Origin: Eledone cirrhosa
Taxonomy: Eukaryota
Assembly (NCBI GenBank): GCA_964016885.1
Contig: OZ024743.1
Location: 110,670,001-110,734,000, forward strand
DNA length: 64,000 nucleotides
Direction: 5' to 3'
Positions 15,534 to 33,897 of the stretch are shown here, piece after piece. The notes beneath the pieces were generated by a model. The model saw only the letters and a list, made by a program, of their open reading frames with translations, was not told where the DNA came from and made no database searches. Every line of letters begins with the position of its first letter. Within the stretch, counting starts at the first letter, position 1. Position numbers and translations under genes: made by a program.

Positions 15534-15572
15534 TGAACAAGTACTTTCATGCTTTCGCAATCTTCAGGTTCA
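15534..15572 (-). ncRNA. Minimal 39-nt type I hammerhead ribozyme
   Basis: Minus strand: tgaac-ctgaaga-ttgc-gaaa-gcat-gaaa-gtac-tt-gttca. Perfect stem I, GNRA-capped stem II, palindromic stem III. Confidence 0.88.
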
Positions 15573-15962
15573 TAATCTGTGGTGACAGTCAAGTTTGCAA
15601 TTTTCAACTGTTAAATTGCAATTTTCAACTGTTAAATTTGACATGCATTGTTATATGTATCGATAATTATTTTTGATTTATGAATTGATTGAAAGCTTTA
15701 TCTACCGTTAAATCGTAATCACACACTATGGAATCGTGTTGAGGTATTTAGTAATTAGTTTAGCAAACTATTTGCTTAATTTATAAATTCAATAAAATAT
15801 TGCATACCTATATAACTTTGCCGCTCAGGTATTTCCATTTATATTTAAACATATACCTGTTTAAATCGCTGAAATAAATTTCGAACACGTGTTCATCTAT
15901 TTTCTTCTCCTTCTGTACGTATCAATTTAATACTTCTCTATGCCTCTTCCATATATATATAT

Positions 15963-16121
15963 ATAGGAAAAGAGGTAGAACCTCGACGGATGAGTCCGGC
16001 CGTATCAACAGCTCAGCCTTTGGGGTCCTCACTCTTTTCCTATTACCCACTCTACTACATTAATATCGAGTACTCAGGTACGTTATGGTCCACCTGATAT
16101 CTTAACACTTATTATTTGGTA
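15963..16121 (+). mobile_element. Family A fold-back element
   Basis: ataggaaaagag...ctcttttcctat hairpin followed by the family A tail. Confidence 0.75.
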
Positions 16122-16550
16122 TATATATATAGAAGACAAGACAACGAAAAACATTTTTTAAGAGGAGACAGTAAAAATTATTTGTTGAAATAAATATACA
16201 AACGAAGTAGAATGGACGCCTGGGATATCGGCCTTTGAGATGGACTTTGGCAGTTTCAACACCTACTGCTGTTCCAGTGAGTATGAGACGAGAGACAAAA
16301 CATTAATGTATTGCAATTAAAATACAAGTACACATAGAATGTTATGTGAGGTCAGGGAAATCATGTACTACATTTCATAGAAAGAGAGACACGTATGAAA
16401 CAAAGAAAAAAAAAGCAAATACAAAGAAAGCAAGAAGAAATTAAGATATGGTATTACAATATCTAAGCAACTGAAATAAACGGATGGAGGGGAGATGACA
16501 CTTTCGTCACATTATTAATAATAAGCTTAAGAATATATATATATATATAT

Positions 16551-16790
16551 ATAAGAAGAAAAGAGTGAAAGTGTTTCATGGGAGTTTTATTGTTCAATCC
16601 TGGTTACAAATGTTTCTCAAGTAGCCGGAATCTGACCAACCCAGATGACGAGCCGGTTGAGAAACATTTGTAACCATGATTGAGCAAAACATCTCCTATG
16701 TAGCACCTCCACTCTGTTCTTATCATACACACTCTGCTTTGCATCGCATGCTGACCTTGGTTCTCCCACAAGCTTTGTTCGGACTGTCTG
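16551..16790 (+). mobile_element. Fold-back element centred on an HHR stem II
   Basis: Imperfect arms 16551-16620 / 16656-16723; gaaac-attt-gta at 16661-16672 is mirrored by tacaaatgtttc; unpaired tail follows. Confidence 0.7.
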
Positions 16791-16817
16791 CACACACTGA
16801 CACACATACACACACAC

Positions 16818-16874
<57 letters not shown>

Positions 16875-16989
16875 CACACAGACACACACACACACATACA
16901 TATATATATATATGTTCATATATATATGGAACGATATTTGGTCTTTCCGATTGTTAATACTATCTATCGGTCGCAACACCAGGTAGAAG

Positions 16990-17157
<168 letters not shown>

Positions 17158-17184
17158 TATATAGATATATATATATATATATAG

Positions 17185-21257
<4,073 letters not shown>

Positions 21258-21708
21258 TATACCTAAATATATATATAAGGTAACAGGTTCACGAAATCAA
21301 AAACCCACGAGGTACTGCACACATACATGGTCATGCAAGAATCGGACTACAAACTGGCTTACTCAATGCTAACAGGGGTTAATCAGTTGTCGCGTATTAC
21401 TCTACGGAATCAATAGTGAGTTGGCAATATTGAACACATTCTTCGGGATACAAACAAACGTTTACTATGATCATCGATCTAACGATCATTTATCAAAATA
21501 ATTGAAATATCCAACAAAAGAAATACGGTCATCATCAAAAATTAATACATATATCATTAAACAATCGATAGTCGGGTCGACTACTAACAACACATAAGAA
21601 ATGTTAATATTTATCCAAACCAGCGCTAATTTCACCTAAATCAAGACTGCTTTTATCAATTACAATGACTCTATATTCCAAAACCCATCTAAATTAACCC
21701 GAAACCAG

Positions 21709-21744
<36 letters not shown>

Positions 21745-21748
21745 CTTA

Positions 21749-21844
<96 letters not shown>

Positions 21845-21983
21845 ATAGTAAGGTGTATTATTGGTTGTGTAAAACGGTCCAATAAATTTGTATTAGCAAT
21901 ATTAAGTTCTCCACGCTTTTGTATATCTCCAATTCCATTCAAGGGAACAGCTAGATGATGTAAAACGGAGTACTAGTATCACA

Positions 21984-22179
21984 ATGAAAATCCGAAGGCA
22001 AGGTAAAATTTCCAATCATTTTAATCACGCACATGTTTTAATAAGAGATAGATCGATCGTGAAACCATGATCGATTATCTCTGATCTCGTCAGGTGAAAA
22101 TGAATTGTCTTCAAATTCTTGAAAATCATGTGTCGTGATTAAAATGATTGGAACTTTTACCTTGCCTTCCGATTTTCAA
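21984..22179 (-). mobile_element. Fold-back element with decayed long-stem-II HHR (22025-22097, -)
   Basis: Arms 21984-22040 / 22120-22179. Minus strand: tcac-ctgacga-[agagat..atcgatc hairpin]-aaaac-atgtgc-gtga; the other arm keeps gtc. Confidence 0.7.
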
Positions 22180-22194
22180 TTTGATATATATACT

Positions 22195-22480
22195 GTATGG
22201 GAGCATCCCAAAAGTCAGCTCAAAAGTGACACAGAGGAGACGGAGGTTGGCTGGACATGCTCACCGACATCCAGAGTTGACATTGCACTCAGTGCTCCTT
22301 TGGGAGCCCCTACATGGACACACTAGAAGAGGAAGACCAAGGTTAACATATGTTGATGCCCTAAGGACAGACACTGGTCTGTTGGAGATGCAGGATATGG
22401 CAGCGATAATGAGGGACAGAGACCGCTGGAGAGAACTCGTCCATGGATCTCGGGAAATTTAACCGCCTTAGATAGATAGA
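22195..22480 (+). pseudogene. 3' end of an RTE/RTE-X LINE
   Basis: RRRRLAGHAHRHPE...LLWEPLHG..RRGRPRLTYVDAL...MRDRDRWR*, then a (taga)n tail. Confidence 0.85.
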
Positions 22481-22573
22481 TATATATATAAAAGTCATAT
22501 ACTGAGTTAGAAATTCAAAATAGTCTCTTATAATAAAATAGCTCAAGGAAAAAGATTTCTTCAAACCGTATAT

Positions 22574-23063
22574 TATAATTTAATATAAAAGAGAGATAAA
22601 CACAAATATATACATATATGTGTTCAAATTGTAAGGGACCGTATTCGCTAAGTTGAAAAAGTTACTAACTATGGACAATAGGGTTTGCCAGACTCAATTT
22701 AAGAATAAATCAAGAAGATAAATGCAAACCGGATTTGTGGTAACTACCATTGACTCAGACAGCGTTTGCCGATGCTGTTTCGCAATCCAATTTTGAAGAG
22801 AATTACCAATTTGTATTGCTCATCAGTAAAAATTGGTAATTCACTTCACAATTGGATTGCAAAACAGCATCGCCAAACACCAAACGCTGTCTAGTAGTTA
22901 CCAGAATTCCCGTTTGTAACTATCTTCTTAATTTATTTTTAAATTGAGTCTGGTAAACCCTATTGTCCATAATTAGTATATTTTTCACCTTTTACATTTC
23001 ACCCTTACGATTTAAACGCACATGTGTATATAGCTGTGTTTATCTCTTTTATATTCAATTATA
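22574..23063 (-). mobile_element. ~490-bp fold-back element with HHR core at its apex (HHR 22755-22829, -)
   Basis: Diverged inverted arms. Minus strand: ctgatga-gcaat...attgc-gaaac-agc...gct-gtc. The ctgatga (22820-22826) lies in the loop of the palindrome. Confidence 0.82.
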
Positions 23064-23279
23064 TATATATATATATATATGTAGATAAATCTACCAAGAG
23101 TTTACGGTAGTGTCCAATCCGTATGAAGAACTCAATGTAATCCGGATATCATGGAAAGAAGAGATGCAATGAAAAATCACTTTCGGTGAAAGATAAACGG
23201 AATACAGAGTCAAGATAAAATATTAAAAAAATAATGAATAAAACAATGAGACAGTTCCTTATATTAAACAAAAAAAGTT

Positions 23280-23430
23280 CATTATTTAACGATCGTTTCT
23301 AGGATATATATGTGTTAGAATTGGCATGCATATTCAACAGATCTATGTACAAAATTATACAAAATTATACAAACTATCAAAATTAAATATACATACCAAA
23401 CACATATATATGCCGTCTTCAGAAATAATG
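23280..23430 (-). ncRNA. Type I hammerhead ribozyme with ~115-nt stem II domain
   Basis: 8-bp stem I cattattt/aaataatg; core ctgaaga; stem II base atatatatgtgtt/aacacatatatat; gaaac-gatc-gtt palindromic stem III. Confidence 0.85.
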
Positions 23431-24461
23431 AAATATATTTATTGATAATAACAACAATTCAAAATTTCAGGTCCGTTTGGGAACAGAGTTCAAATTGACC
23501 AATGAAAATACAAAAAATTTTATGCAGTTAGGTGTGTGTATATACATGTAATTAACTTCGTACACATATTTACATAAAGATATATGTTCACATGCATACG
23601 CATGCCAAAAAGATGTATGTAAATACAAAAATTCAAGGCTAATGTCTCTGTAAGTTTATAATCTACAGATAAAATGCGTATAGACACATAAATATGAAAT
23701 AAATGTATACACACATTCATATACTCACACATATTCGTATACTCACACACACACGCGCGTATATGCATAAACATACACATAACTACGAACATACATACAC
23801 ACACACACCCCCACACACATATATATGTGCATATAGTATTATCATAAGCATATGGACATTAATGCACGCACATAAACACTGCCACACATATTTAGATCAG
23901 GATACAGAAATTAGGAGGGAGGGGGGGAGAGGTCAGTATTTAACGGTTTCGGCAGACTGCCTATTTATAAATGTATCTATAAATTTAGAAATAAAAAGAA
24001 AAGAAAAGGAAAAAAGAAAAAAGAAATATATCAAGAAAATATATATATATATATATACATCCACACATACACACACACACACACACATATACATATACAT
24101 ATATATATACACACATATACACACATATATATATATATATACACATATATATACACATATATACACACACATATACACACACATATATATATACACATAT
24201 ACATACACATACATATATATATATACAAACAAGTAAAATATAAAATATACATCGATATACATACATATAGACATATAACTAAATACACACGCATACACAC
24301 ACATACATATACATACATATACATACACATATATACAAACACATATACACACATACATATACATACACATACCATATAAATACACATACACATACACACA
24401 CGCATACATATAGAGACACATACATATACACATATAAATACATAGACACATACACACATGA

Positions 24462-24496
<35 letters not shown>

Positions 24497-24518
24497 TACA
24501 CACATATACACATACACG

Positions 24519-24560
<42 letters not shown>

Positions 24561-24563
<3 letters not shown>

Positions 24564-25169
24564 TGGCTGCCAACTCGTTTTCGAGTACGGCCACTACTTT
24601 ATATCCATGTAGGAGAACCCCTACCGATGCGCTAAACAAGTGTGACTTTTTAGTCCAGCCAGCGACTTGAAAACTCTGGTACAAACACTACACTTGTGAC
24701 AATTATTGACACATAGTGCTGGGCCCATGGTACCATGTGACGACAAGTGCAGAGAGATCTCCAGATATAAAGCAATGCCTGTGCCGTGAAGCTTTTATAG
24801 TGAGTAAAGGCACTGCACAAAGCCAGTCCCACTCTCTTAACCAAGATGATATTTACCAAAAAGAAGAACAAGTCAACATCATTGGATACCATCAGAGTTG
24901 CAGGTGTTATATCAGAGTTTTCCTTCTCCTAGAATTCTGCCTTGACAAAGGCTAAGGGGTCATCTCTCCCGGTGATTTTGGATGGCCATTGACTCTTAAG
25001 AGCTCCTTTGCCCTTTGACAGGTTTTGTTTTTAGTCCCGCAGGATGTCCAAAGTCACCCTCCTCACCAAGAAAACTTGGTGGGGTTGCCAGTTTAGTCGC
25101 CAACGACCCGACCATGAGACAGGTTGTACTGGGATACATGTTACCAGTAGCACCAACTGGTGACCTGAC

Positions 25170-25170
<1 letters not shown>
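24561..25170. mobile_element. 610-bp TG...CA-bounded insertion in (TA)n (solo LTR or SINE-like; unclassified)
   Basis: Sharp boundaries tggtggc...cctgaca within a TA tract; higher GC; no credible ORF; terminal hairpins. Confidence 0.45.
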
Positions 25171-25200
<30 letters not shown>

Positions 25201-25254
25201 CACGCACAACACTCGTATATATATACACACTCATACATATACACATATATACAC

Positions 25255-25322
<68 letters not shown>

Positions 25323-25579
25323 TCACATCTACATACACACATACACACATACATACATACACACACACATACATACACACACATACATACTCATACATAG
25401 ACATAGATATATACTCACACACACATACGCACTTACATATACGCATATATACAAATACATACACATCCATATATGCGTATATACATACAAATACCACTAC
25501 ACGCTCACACAACTCAGACATACAAAGAAAAAGGTATATACATACACATATATACACATATAAATAGAGATACATATAC

Positions 25580-25610
<31 letters not shown>

Positions 25611-25689
25611 CACACACGTACACACATAACCACACATACAAACACATACATACACACATACATATATATATATACACACACACATAAAG

Positions 25690-25756
<67 letters not shown>

Positions 25757-26073
25757 CACATACACATATATACACATGCACACACATACATACATACATA
25801 CATACACATAAACATACATATATATAAAAAAATAAAGAAATAAGATAAATAAAAAAATAAATAAATTAATACACACAGTCAGACAAATATGCACACACAT
25901 ACATATACATATATGTATATATTTATATACACACACACATATACACACACACATACACATATATACACATACATACACACACACATATATATATACATAC
26001 ATATACACACATCAACTACAAATATATAATATATATATATATATATATACATATACACACATATATACATATC

Positions 26074-26164
<91 letters not shown>

Positions 26165-26415
26165 TAAAAATAACATATATACATATATATATATATAGAC
26201 ATACATATATATACACACACACTCACATATATATATGCGCACATACGTACACATATACACATACACACATATACACATAGACATATACATGTGCATACAT
26301 GTACATACACACATATACCCACATAGATACAAAGATACACATATATATAGAGAGACATACATATACACACACATATATACACACACATATATACACACAT
26401 ATATATAACATACAC

Positions 26416-26462
<47 letters not shown>

Positions 26463-26739
26463 ATCATACACCCTTATTTGCATGCGCATATATGTATTTT
26501 TATACTTACATATAAACACCCAAACATATATACACCTACCTACATATACATACATACATACACGCTTACAAATACAAATAATAATAGTAGGGGGGGAAGG
26601 GGGGGGGAGAAGGGGATTATAGTAAATATATGTTTCAAGAAACATAGAGTATTAATCTGCATTTAGATCACAATATGTGTTTACATAGTTTCAGTATTAG
26701 GAAATGCAAGAAAGAAGGCAAAACTATGCATTTCAATAT

Positions 26740-27677
26740 AAGTATACCATTAATTATAGGTTAACTAAACTAAAGATAGTTAATATATTGATTTCTAAGG
26801 TGTAAATTACTTAGGTTTATAATATTTGAAGCAGAATTTTGAAGTTAAATAGTAGTAGAGTATTAATTATAGTATAACTAAATTAAAATTATTAACGTTA
26901 TGGTATCAATATTAGGAAATGAATTTAGTAATAGGGAAAAAACAAATAAAGTATTACATCGGTAGTAGAATATAAATTATAGGTTAACTAAATTAAAAAT
27001 TATATATTAATTTCTATAGTATATGTTAATTAGGTATATAATAAATAAAACAGATATTGTATTTTATCAATAGTAGAATATAATTATAGGTAAACAGAAA
27101 TCAAAATTAATACATACACATATACATATACATACATATATATATACACATATATATACATATATACACATACACATATATACATACATATACATATTTT
27201 TTCAAAAATTGCAAAGAATATATTAACTAGGTATACATCCAAAACCTATCCCATTCTATGATTACATGACACGCTGCAATCCATCTGTATTAGGATACTA
27301 TTTTTAAGCCAATTAAATTAAATTTTTAGGTTGACCAAATTTAAAACCAAATTATAAATATATTTCTAAAATGTATATTAATTAGGTCTATAATACTAAA
27401 AATTATTTCTCTGTCATTGAATACACGATATTTTGTTATATTTTATCTGTAAAGGAATTTTAATAAAGGGTTAAATAAATTAAAATTAATCTATAAATTA
27501 AATTACTAAGTATATATTAGTAATATTTAAAGGTTTTTCACAATTTATGATTACACAATATTTTATATTCTCATCTGTAGTAGAATTTTAATTAAATTAA
27601 ATTTATAGGTTAACTAACATTTAAATTAAATTATATATTAATTTCTAAAATAATGTTATTAATTAGGTTTATAATAT
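26740..27677. repeat. Degenerate AT-rich tandem subrepeats in the PLE 3' region
   Basis: Recurring taattataggttaactaaattaaaatt and ttatgattacac motifs, roughly every 100-150 bp. Confidence 0.6.
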
Positions 27678-28190
27678 TTAAATGTTTTTTTTTAGTTTAT
27701 GATTACACGATATAATTAATTCCTGTCGTTTATTTAATAGGATATCCTTAGATTTCATTATTTCAAATAGTTCTTGGGAACATAATCTACATTCATTTCT
27801 ATTATTTTGATAAGGGGTGGCTCTTTTGAGCACACTCCAGGTCAAATCATATTCTATATTCTTATTTTTATAACTATTGATTTTTTTCTGCTAGAGATGT
27901 TGTGTTAGCCAGTGCGGCATTTTTAAAACTATGTTTGTGGGTATTAAACCTTGTCTTAAAATTGTTAGAAGTAGCTCCTATATATGAGCAAATAGAATAT
28001 TTAGTTTTAACATTACATTTATAAACTAAGTTGTTAACAAGACAATTTCCTTTTAATGGGCAGTTTGCTTTGTTTCTACAGTTACAACCTTTCGTTAATT
28101 CTGTATTTGAGGAGATATTATGGTTAGTTTGATGTATTGGTGGTATACTTATGGTTTTCTTACATTTATATGCATTATAGGCACTTATAT
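27678..28190 (-). pseudogene. PLE GIY-YIG endonuclease domain, frameshifted from the RT ORF
   Basis: Manual translation CNCRNKANCPLKGNCLVNNLVYKC...SYIGATSNNFKTRFNTHKHSF...W...PY...CRLCSQE...LLNKRQE..SCNH. Confidence 0.9.
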
Positions 28191-29581
28191 TTTGTTTTGT
28201 TATTTGTTGTTGAGTATGAGAATTTAACTGTAGACTTATTTAAGATTTGATGGTATTTGTGGTTTGGCGGGAAGTTTTTCTCTAGGATATAAAAAAATTT
28301 TTTAGCAATATTATCCTTAATTTGTAAATTAAATGGAGCATTATACCAAGTAACCCGTCTATTACGGTTTCTATGTTGTTTATTATTTTTATTATTTTTA
28401 TAGGTTGTATCGTGATGTTTACTAGGAGGATTAATGTTAATGATCTCACCACAACCATTTTTAGTTATATTTGTAGATTTAGGTGTTTTATCTTTTTTAT
28501 TAGGAGTTTTATTATTAACATTTATTAGAGTTGTATGATGAGTAGTTTTTTGAGAGTTACTATACTTTATATTAGAAGATTTGGTATTTTGGGGTATAGT
28601 GTGGGTGGCATTTAGGTGTGTACTTTTCATTTGGTGTTTGTTGGTAATATTAGGTTGTATGTTTTTAGTATTTTTAGTAGAAGGTATATATTCTAATCTA
28701 TTTTTGTGGCCACTTCTATCTAGAGCTTCGTTATAGAAGGTCGCATTTTTATCAAATACATCTTGGTTAGAAGAAAGGTTAGAAATTCTAAGTGATATAT
28801 TATATGCAAGGTTTTTAAGGATAGATTTAGGGTGATTAGATTGTGAGTGTATGTAATGTAAGTTTTGGTTGGGTTTATGGTAAGGTTGGTAGATACCCGT
28901 AGCTAAGTCTAAAGTTATATCTAGGAAATTTACTACTTTACTTGTTTTTTCAAAAGTAATATGAAGACTATAATAGTCTTTAAGGAAAGTTCTAATATGC
29001 TTTTTGTTTTTTTCTATTTCTGAAAGGCTAAGGTTGTTGGAAAGAAGAAGACAGTCATCACGATATAAACCACCTTTAAGGTGGGGAAAGGAGGCATTTA
29101 TGTTGAAAAGGAGAAAGAGGCCCACAAGATCAGTAATTTGGGCGGAATCGTTTGAACCCATAGTAATATCAAAAAGATTACTATATGTGTTTCTGGTCCA
29201 GTATTCATTCTGAAATTCAATAAGTGTTAGTCTAGCATGTGTAATAATATTAATGTCATCCAAAGTTAAGTTAGATCTATTTTTAGCAAATATCAATGCT
29301 TTGTTCAGGAGTATAGGTGATATAGAAGAATAGTAATTATCTATATCAAATTGTAGAAATGAAGCAGAAGATTTACATCTAATATTTTTAAACCAGTTAA
29401 TTACCTGGGAAGTGTTTTCCCAGAGTGGTAAAATAACGTGTTTTCTTATTTGTGGGATGACTCTATCCAAAATATTTTTGCTAATTATTCCAATATCTGA
29501 TTTGGAGGGACATATAAGTCTTATATAATTTTGTATAATTTTGTACATAGATCTGTTGAATATGCATGCCAATTCTAACAC
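28175..29581 (-). CDS. PLE reverse transcriptase (open 468-aa frame; the first ~20 codons come from the inverted pLTR)
   Basis: FDIDNYYSSI, ITMGSNDSAQITDLVG, GLYRDD, VNFLDITLDL, YIHSQSNHP, WYNAPF motifs. Confidence 0.9.
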   Translation of the reverse strand: MLELACIFNRSMYKIIQNYIRLICPSKSDIGIISKNILDRVIPQIRKHVILPLWENTSQVINWFKNIRCKSSASFLQFDIDNYYSSISPILLNKALIFAKNRSNLTLDDINIITHARLTLIEFQNEYWTRNTYSNLFDITMGSNDSAQITDLVGLFLLFNINASFPHLKGGLYRDDCLLLSNNLSLSEIEKNKKHIRTFLKDYYSLHITFEKTSKVVNFLDITLDLATGIYQPYHKPNQNLHYIHSQSNHPKSILKNLAYNISLRISNLSSNQDVFDKNATFYNEALDRSGHKNRLEYIPSTKNTKNIQPNITNKHQMKSTHLNATHTIPQNTKSSNIKYSNSQKTTHHTTLINVNNKTPNKKDKTPKSTNITKNGCGEIININPPSKHHDTTYKNNKNNKQHRNRNRRVTWYNAPFNLQIKDNIAKKFFYILEKNFPPNHKYHQILNKSTVKFSYSTTNNKTKYKCL

Positions 29582-29682
29582 ATATATATCCTAGAAACGA
29601 TCGTTAAATAATGAACTTTTTTTGTTTAATATAAGGAACTGTTTCATTGTTTTATTCATTATTTTTTTAATATTTTATATAT

Positions 29683-29770
<88 letters not shown>

Positions 29771-29904
29771 TTATTGAAAAATATAATTTTAGTTCGTTTC
29801 CTGCGCCAACCACTGGTTACCTCATCTACGGTTGGTGACGTCCATAACGGCGAGTGCTCTGGTAATTCGTTATATTAACATACACACACACACGCACACA
29901 CACA

Positions 29905-30846
<942 letters not shown>

Positions 30847-30866
30847 TGTATATATATATGTATATA

Positions 30867-30949
<83 letters not shown>

Positions 30950-30952
30950 ATC

Positions 30953-30983
<31 letters not shown>

Positions 30984-30992
30984 ATCTATCTA

Positions 30993-31071
<79 letters not shown>

Positions 31072-31073
<2 letters not shown>

Positions 31074-31175
31074 CGAAGGAAATGTGGTAAGGAACCAGGT
31101 GGACCATAACGCACCAAAGTACTCAATACTTGAGGTAGTAGAGTGGGTAATAGGAACCAGTAAGACCCCCTGGTT

Positions 31176-31180
<5 letters not shown>
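31072..31180 (-). mobile_element. Family A element with collapsed fold-back
   Basis: Near-identical to 14962-15048; ends in ataggaaccag...ctggttcctat. Confidence 0.85.
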
Positions 31181-31216
<36 letters not shown>

Positions 31217-32057
31217 ATGTATATATTTATGTGTGTGTATATATGTATATTTATTCTCCTATTTTAATCCAGACAAAATCATGACCTAAACTATACAGAT
31301 ATATTCAACCTCATTGACCAAGAAGTAGTTAAAGCACACACGTCGTTCTATGCTATACCGCACACATCCGTCCAAACCATTTACTGGAACGGGGATCACA
31401 GATTTTATCAGGCTGTAGGCATCTTTCTTCAGAGCATTTATTTAATAATTATCTGCAGCATATGCGACATCATTATGCAATTTGCTTGACACACATGTTT
31501 AAGCTGTACACTTAGAAAATACTAGCAAACTAAACACCCTCTACAAACGCACACCATCACTAACCGAATATCGACTACTATAAAACAAACGGGCCTAGCC
31601 AAGCCAAAATCCTGAAATTGCCTATCAATTTATTCGCGACACTTATCATCTCAAGTGACAAAACCGAGAAGATAATCTATACACCCAGCCAATAAAAAGA
31701 ACTGGTTTATGTAACTAAATATATATGTATAAAATAACACTCATTTGAAAAGTTCCTCACTTTAGGAAAAAACAAAGTCAAGAAGATCAGTAAATTATGT
31801 CTCCGTTCATCATATTCATTTTACGATTCACACATGCTTTGCACCTGTCCCCCTTCCCTTGAAATGGTAACAGTTCTACCCTTCCGCGATAACCTTAAGC
31901 CAGTTAACGTCCCCTTTTTATAACAATCATTCTATATCACTTTATTCAAGATGGTCTCTTATGCAAGTTCTCTACCGTCTGATTCCCTTCATATCAAAGT
32001 ACTAGGCGTGTATATAATATATATATAGGTAAGACTAGAACATGTGCGTATGTACGA

Positions 32058-32120
<63 letters not shown>

Positions 32121-33450
32121 ATGTGTGTGTGTGTGTGTGCATGTGTGTCCGTGTGTGTGTGTGCGCGTGTGTGTATGTATGTGTGCCGTTGTGTGTATAT
32201 TTGTGTTGAGTAGAGGCTAAGAAATGTTGTATACAAATTATATAACAAATATATCGCTATTTTTATCTTGGCACACTGTTTCAGATTTCTGAAAGTATCA
32301 CGAAATTATATCTCACATTTCTGTAATTCACACTAATAGTTCCACGGAAAACTTGTGATGTCGTCTGGTAAATATTAATTTAATACGATATCATCTTTAA
32401 AAGAAATATCGTTATATTGTTGACAACAGCTTTATTAGTACTAACAACAATAACAACAGTAATACAACTAAGAAAAGCAAGAGAATTAATGAAGATATTA
32501 ATTTATAACATCCACAAATAAAATAATTTGTGATGAAGGATGTAGATGAATAAATCTAAATTATGAAATGAAAAGTAAAATCGTGTAATATTGTTAATAT
32601 ATGTAGCTATATATCGTAAACGATCCTAACATTAACATTATTTCTGTTTAGAATACAAGAGTTACACTAACGCTGTTGTGTATATAGTCTCACATAGATC
32701 TTGTACACCAGATAAAATTGATTCACTTACTGTCTACTGATATAATCTCACTTTTTGCATCTTACTAGTCTAGCATTTTTTTCTATGTATCTTTGGTTAA
32801 ATGAACATCTCTCTATTTTTTGTATTTGGAAGAATTTAACAATGAAACATGAGTACAAAACATGAATTCATACTAAATGAATAGTTTAATGGCTCCAGGT
32901 ATTTACAATATGTCTTTATACATGTTGATACATAGGTTTTTTGTAAGGTGTGTGCACGATGATAAGTCCCTTACATACATACCCTGATGAGTTATATATA
33001 TATATAGGCATTGTTATCACTGAAATAAAGAATGAACAAAAGAAATGTAACGAGTAGCATTCGGCCCTTCCTACGAGACTGGTTAATACATATGTTACTC
33101 CTTGACATAGTGTCAGATATTATCAAAAGGGAATGTGTTGAAATGTATAGGTGACCGCATGGTGCATTATTGATGCGTAAGGCAAACAAACACGTCCTGT
33201 TCGCATGAAAGTCAATGTCGGAAGAGACAGCCTTTAGCTAATGACGTCAGAACGTGATGTCCGATCTAAGGGCAGTTACTAGTCTGTTTTTTTTAAGCCA
33301 GACACCAGCTGGCGTCATCTTGCTACATATCTTTACGAAAAAATTGGTTCTTTAAACTGGCATAATGTCCTATAATTAGGAAAGAGCGTTCCGCGTGAGT
33401 CATTGCTAACTGGTATTTAACTTACAATTTCAAGATCAGTATTCAATTTA

Positions 33451-33614
33451 GGGATGATCAGCCACTGAAGGGAAATAACTCCTTTATCCTTGGCTGTTCT
33501 AACCATTTTAAGACAATCCAGTTGAAAATATAATAAGAAATACCCATTTCTTACCATTGTATATTTTATAGCCAAATTGTAGGTACAATATTTCCTTCTG
33601 TGGAGCAGTATCCC
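33451..33614. mobile_element. MITE with imperfect ~26-bp TIRs and TTAA-like TSD (Kolobok-like)
   Basis: ttta|gggatgatcagccactgaagggaaata ... tatttccttctgtggagcagtatccc|ttaa. Confidence 0.45.
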
Positions 33615-33665
33615 TTAAAGGATGTCAATATAAGTGTACACTCAAATTTGTTTCTTTTATATTTT

Positions 33666-33853
33666 AATAATTGTTTCTACTTTTGGCACAAGGCCATCAA
33701 CTACCCAGTGCATTACTGGTACTTTATTTGATCGACCCCGTAAGGATGAAAGGCAAAGTTAACCTCGGCGGGATTTGAACTCAGAATGGCAAGGGCCGTA
33801 ACTCTATGCGTCAAAGCATGGCGTCTCACACTCTACCGATACTGCCAGTCCAC
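33666..33853 (-). mobile_element. Full-length tRNA-derived SINE
   Basis: A-box tggcagtatcgg and B-box gagttcaaatcc on the minus strand; 17-bp TSD cttttatattttaataa at 33654-33670 and 33854-33870. Confidence 0.92.
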
Positions 33854-33897
33854 CTTTTATATTTTAATAATACTGATCTAATAACATTATTGAGTGA

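Larger units (their letters stand above)
23081..29678 (-). mobile_element. Penelope-like element, 5'-truncated, with inverted 5' pLTR fragment and >4-kb microsatellite-rich 3' region
   Basis: 23215-23370 is inverted at ~29524-29678; RT and GIY-YIG coding at ~29520-27678; HHR in the 3' pLTR; (TA)n on both sides. Confidence 0.9.

Noticed and set aside
32984-33008. ctgatga followed by a TA run
   Set aside because: No GAAA arm, so it cannot be called a ribozyme.
33242-33402. CRE (tgacgtca) and AP-1 (tgagtca) sites as an enhancer
   Set aside because: Short motifs with no gene context; chance occurrence is likely.
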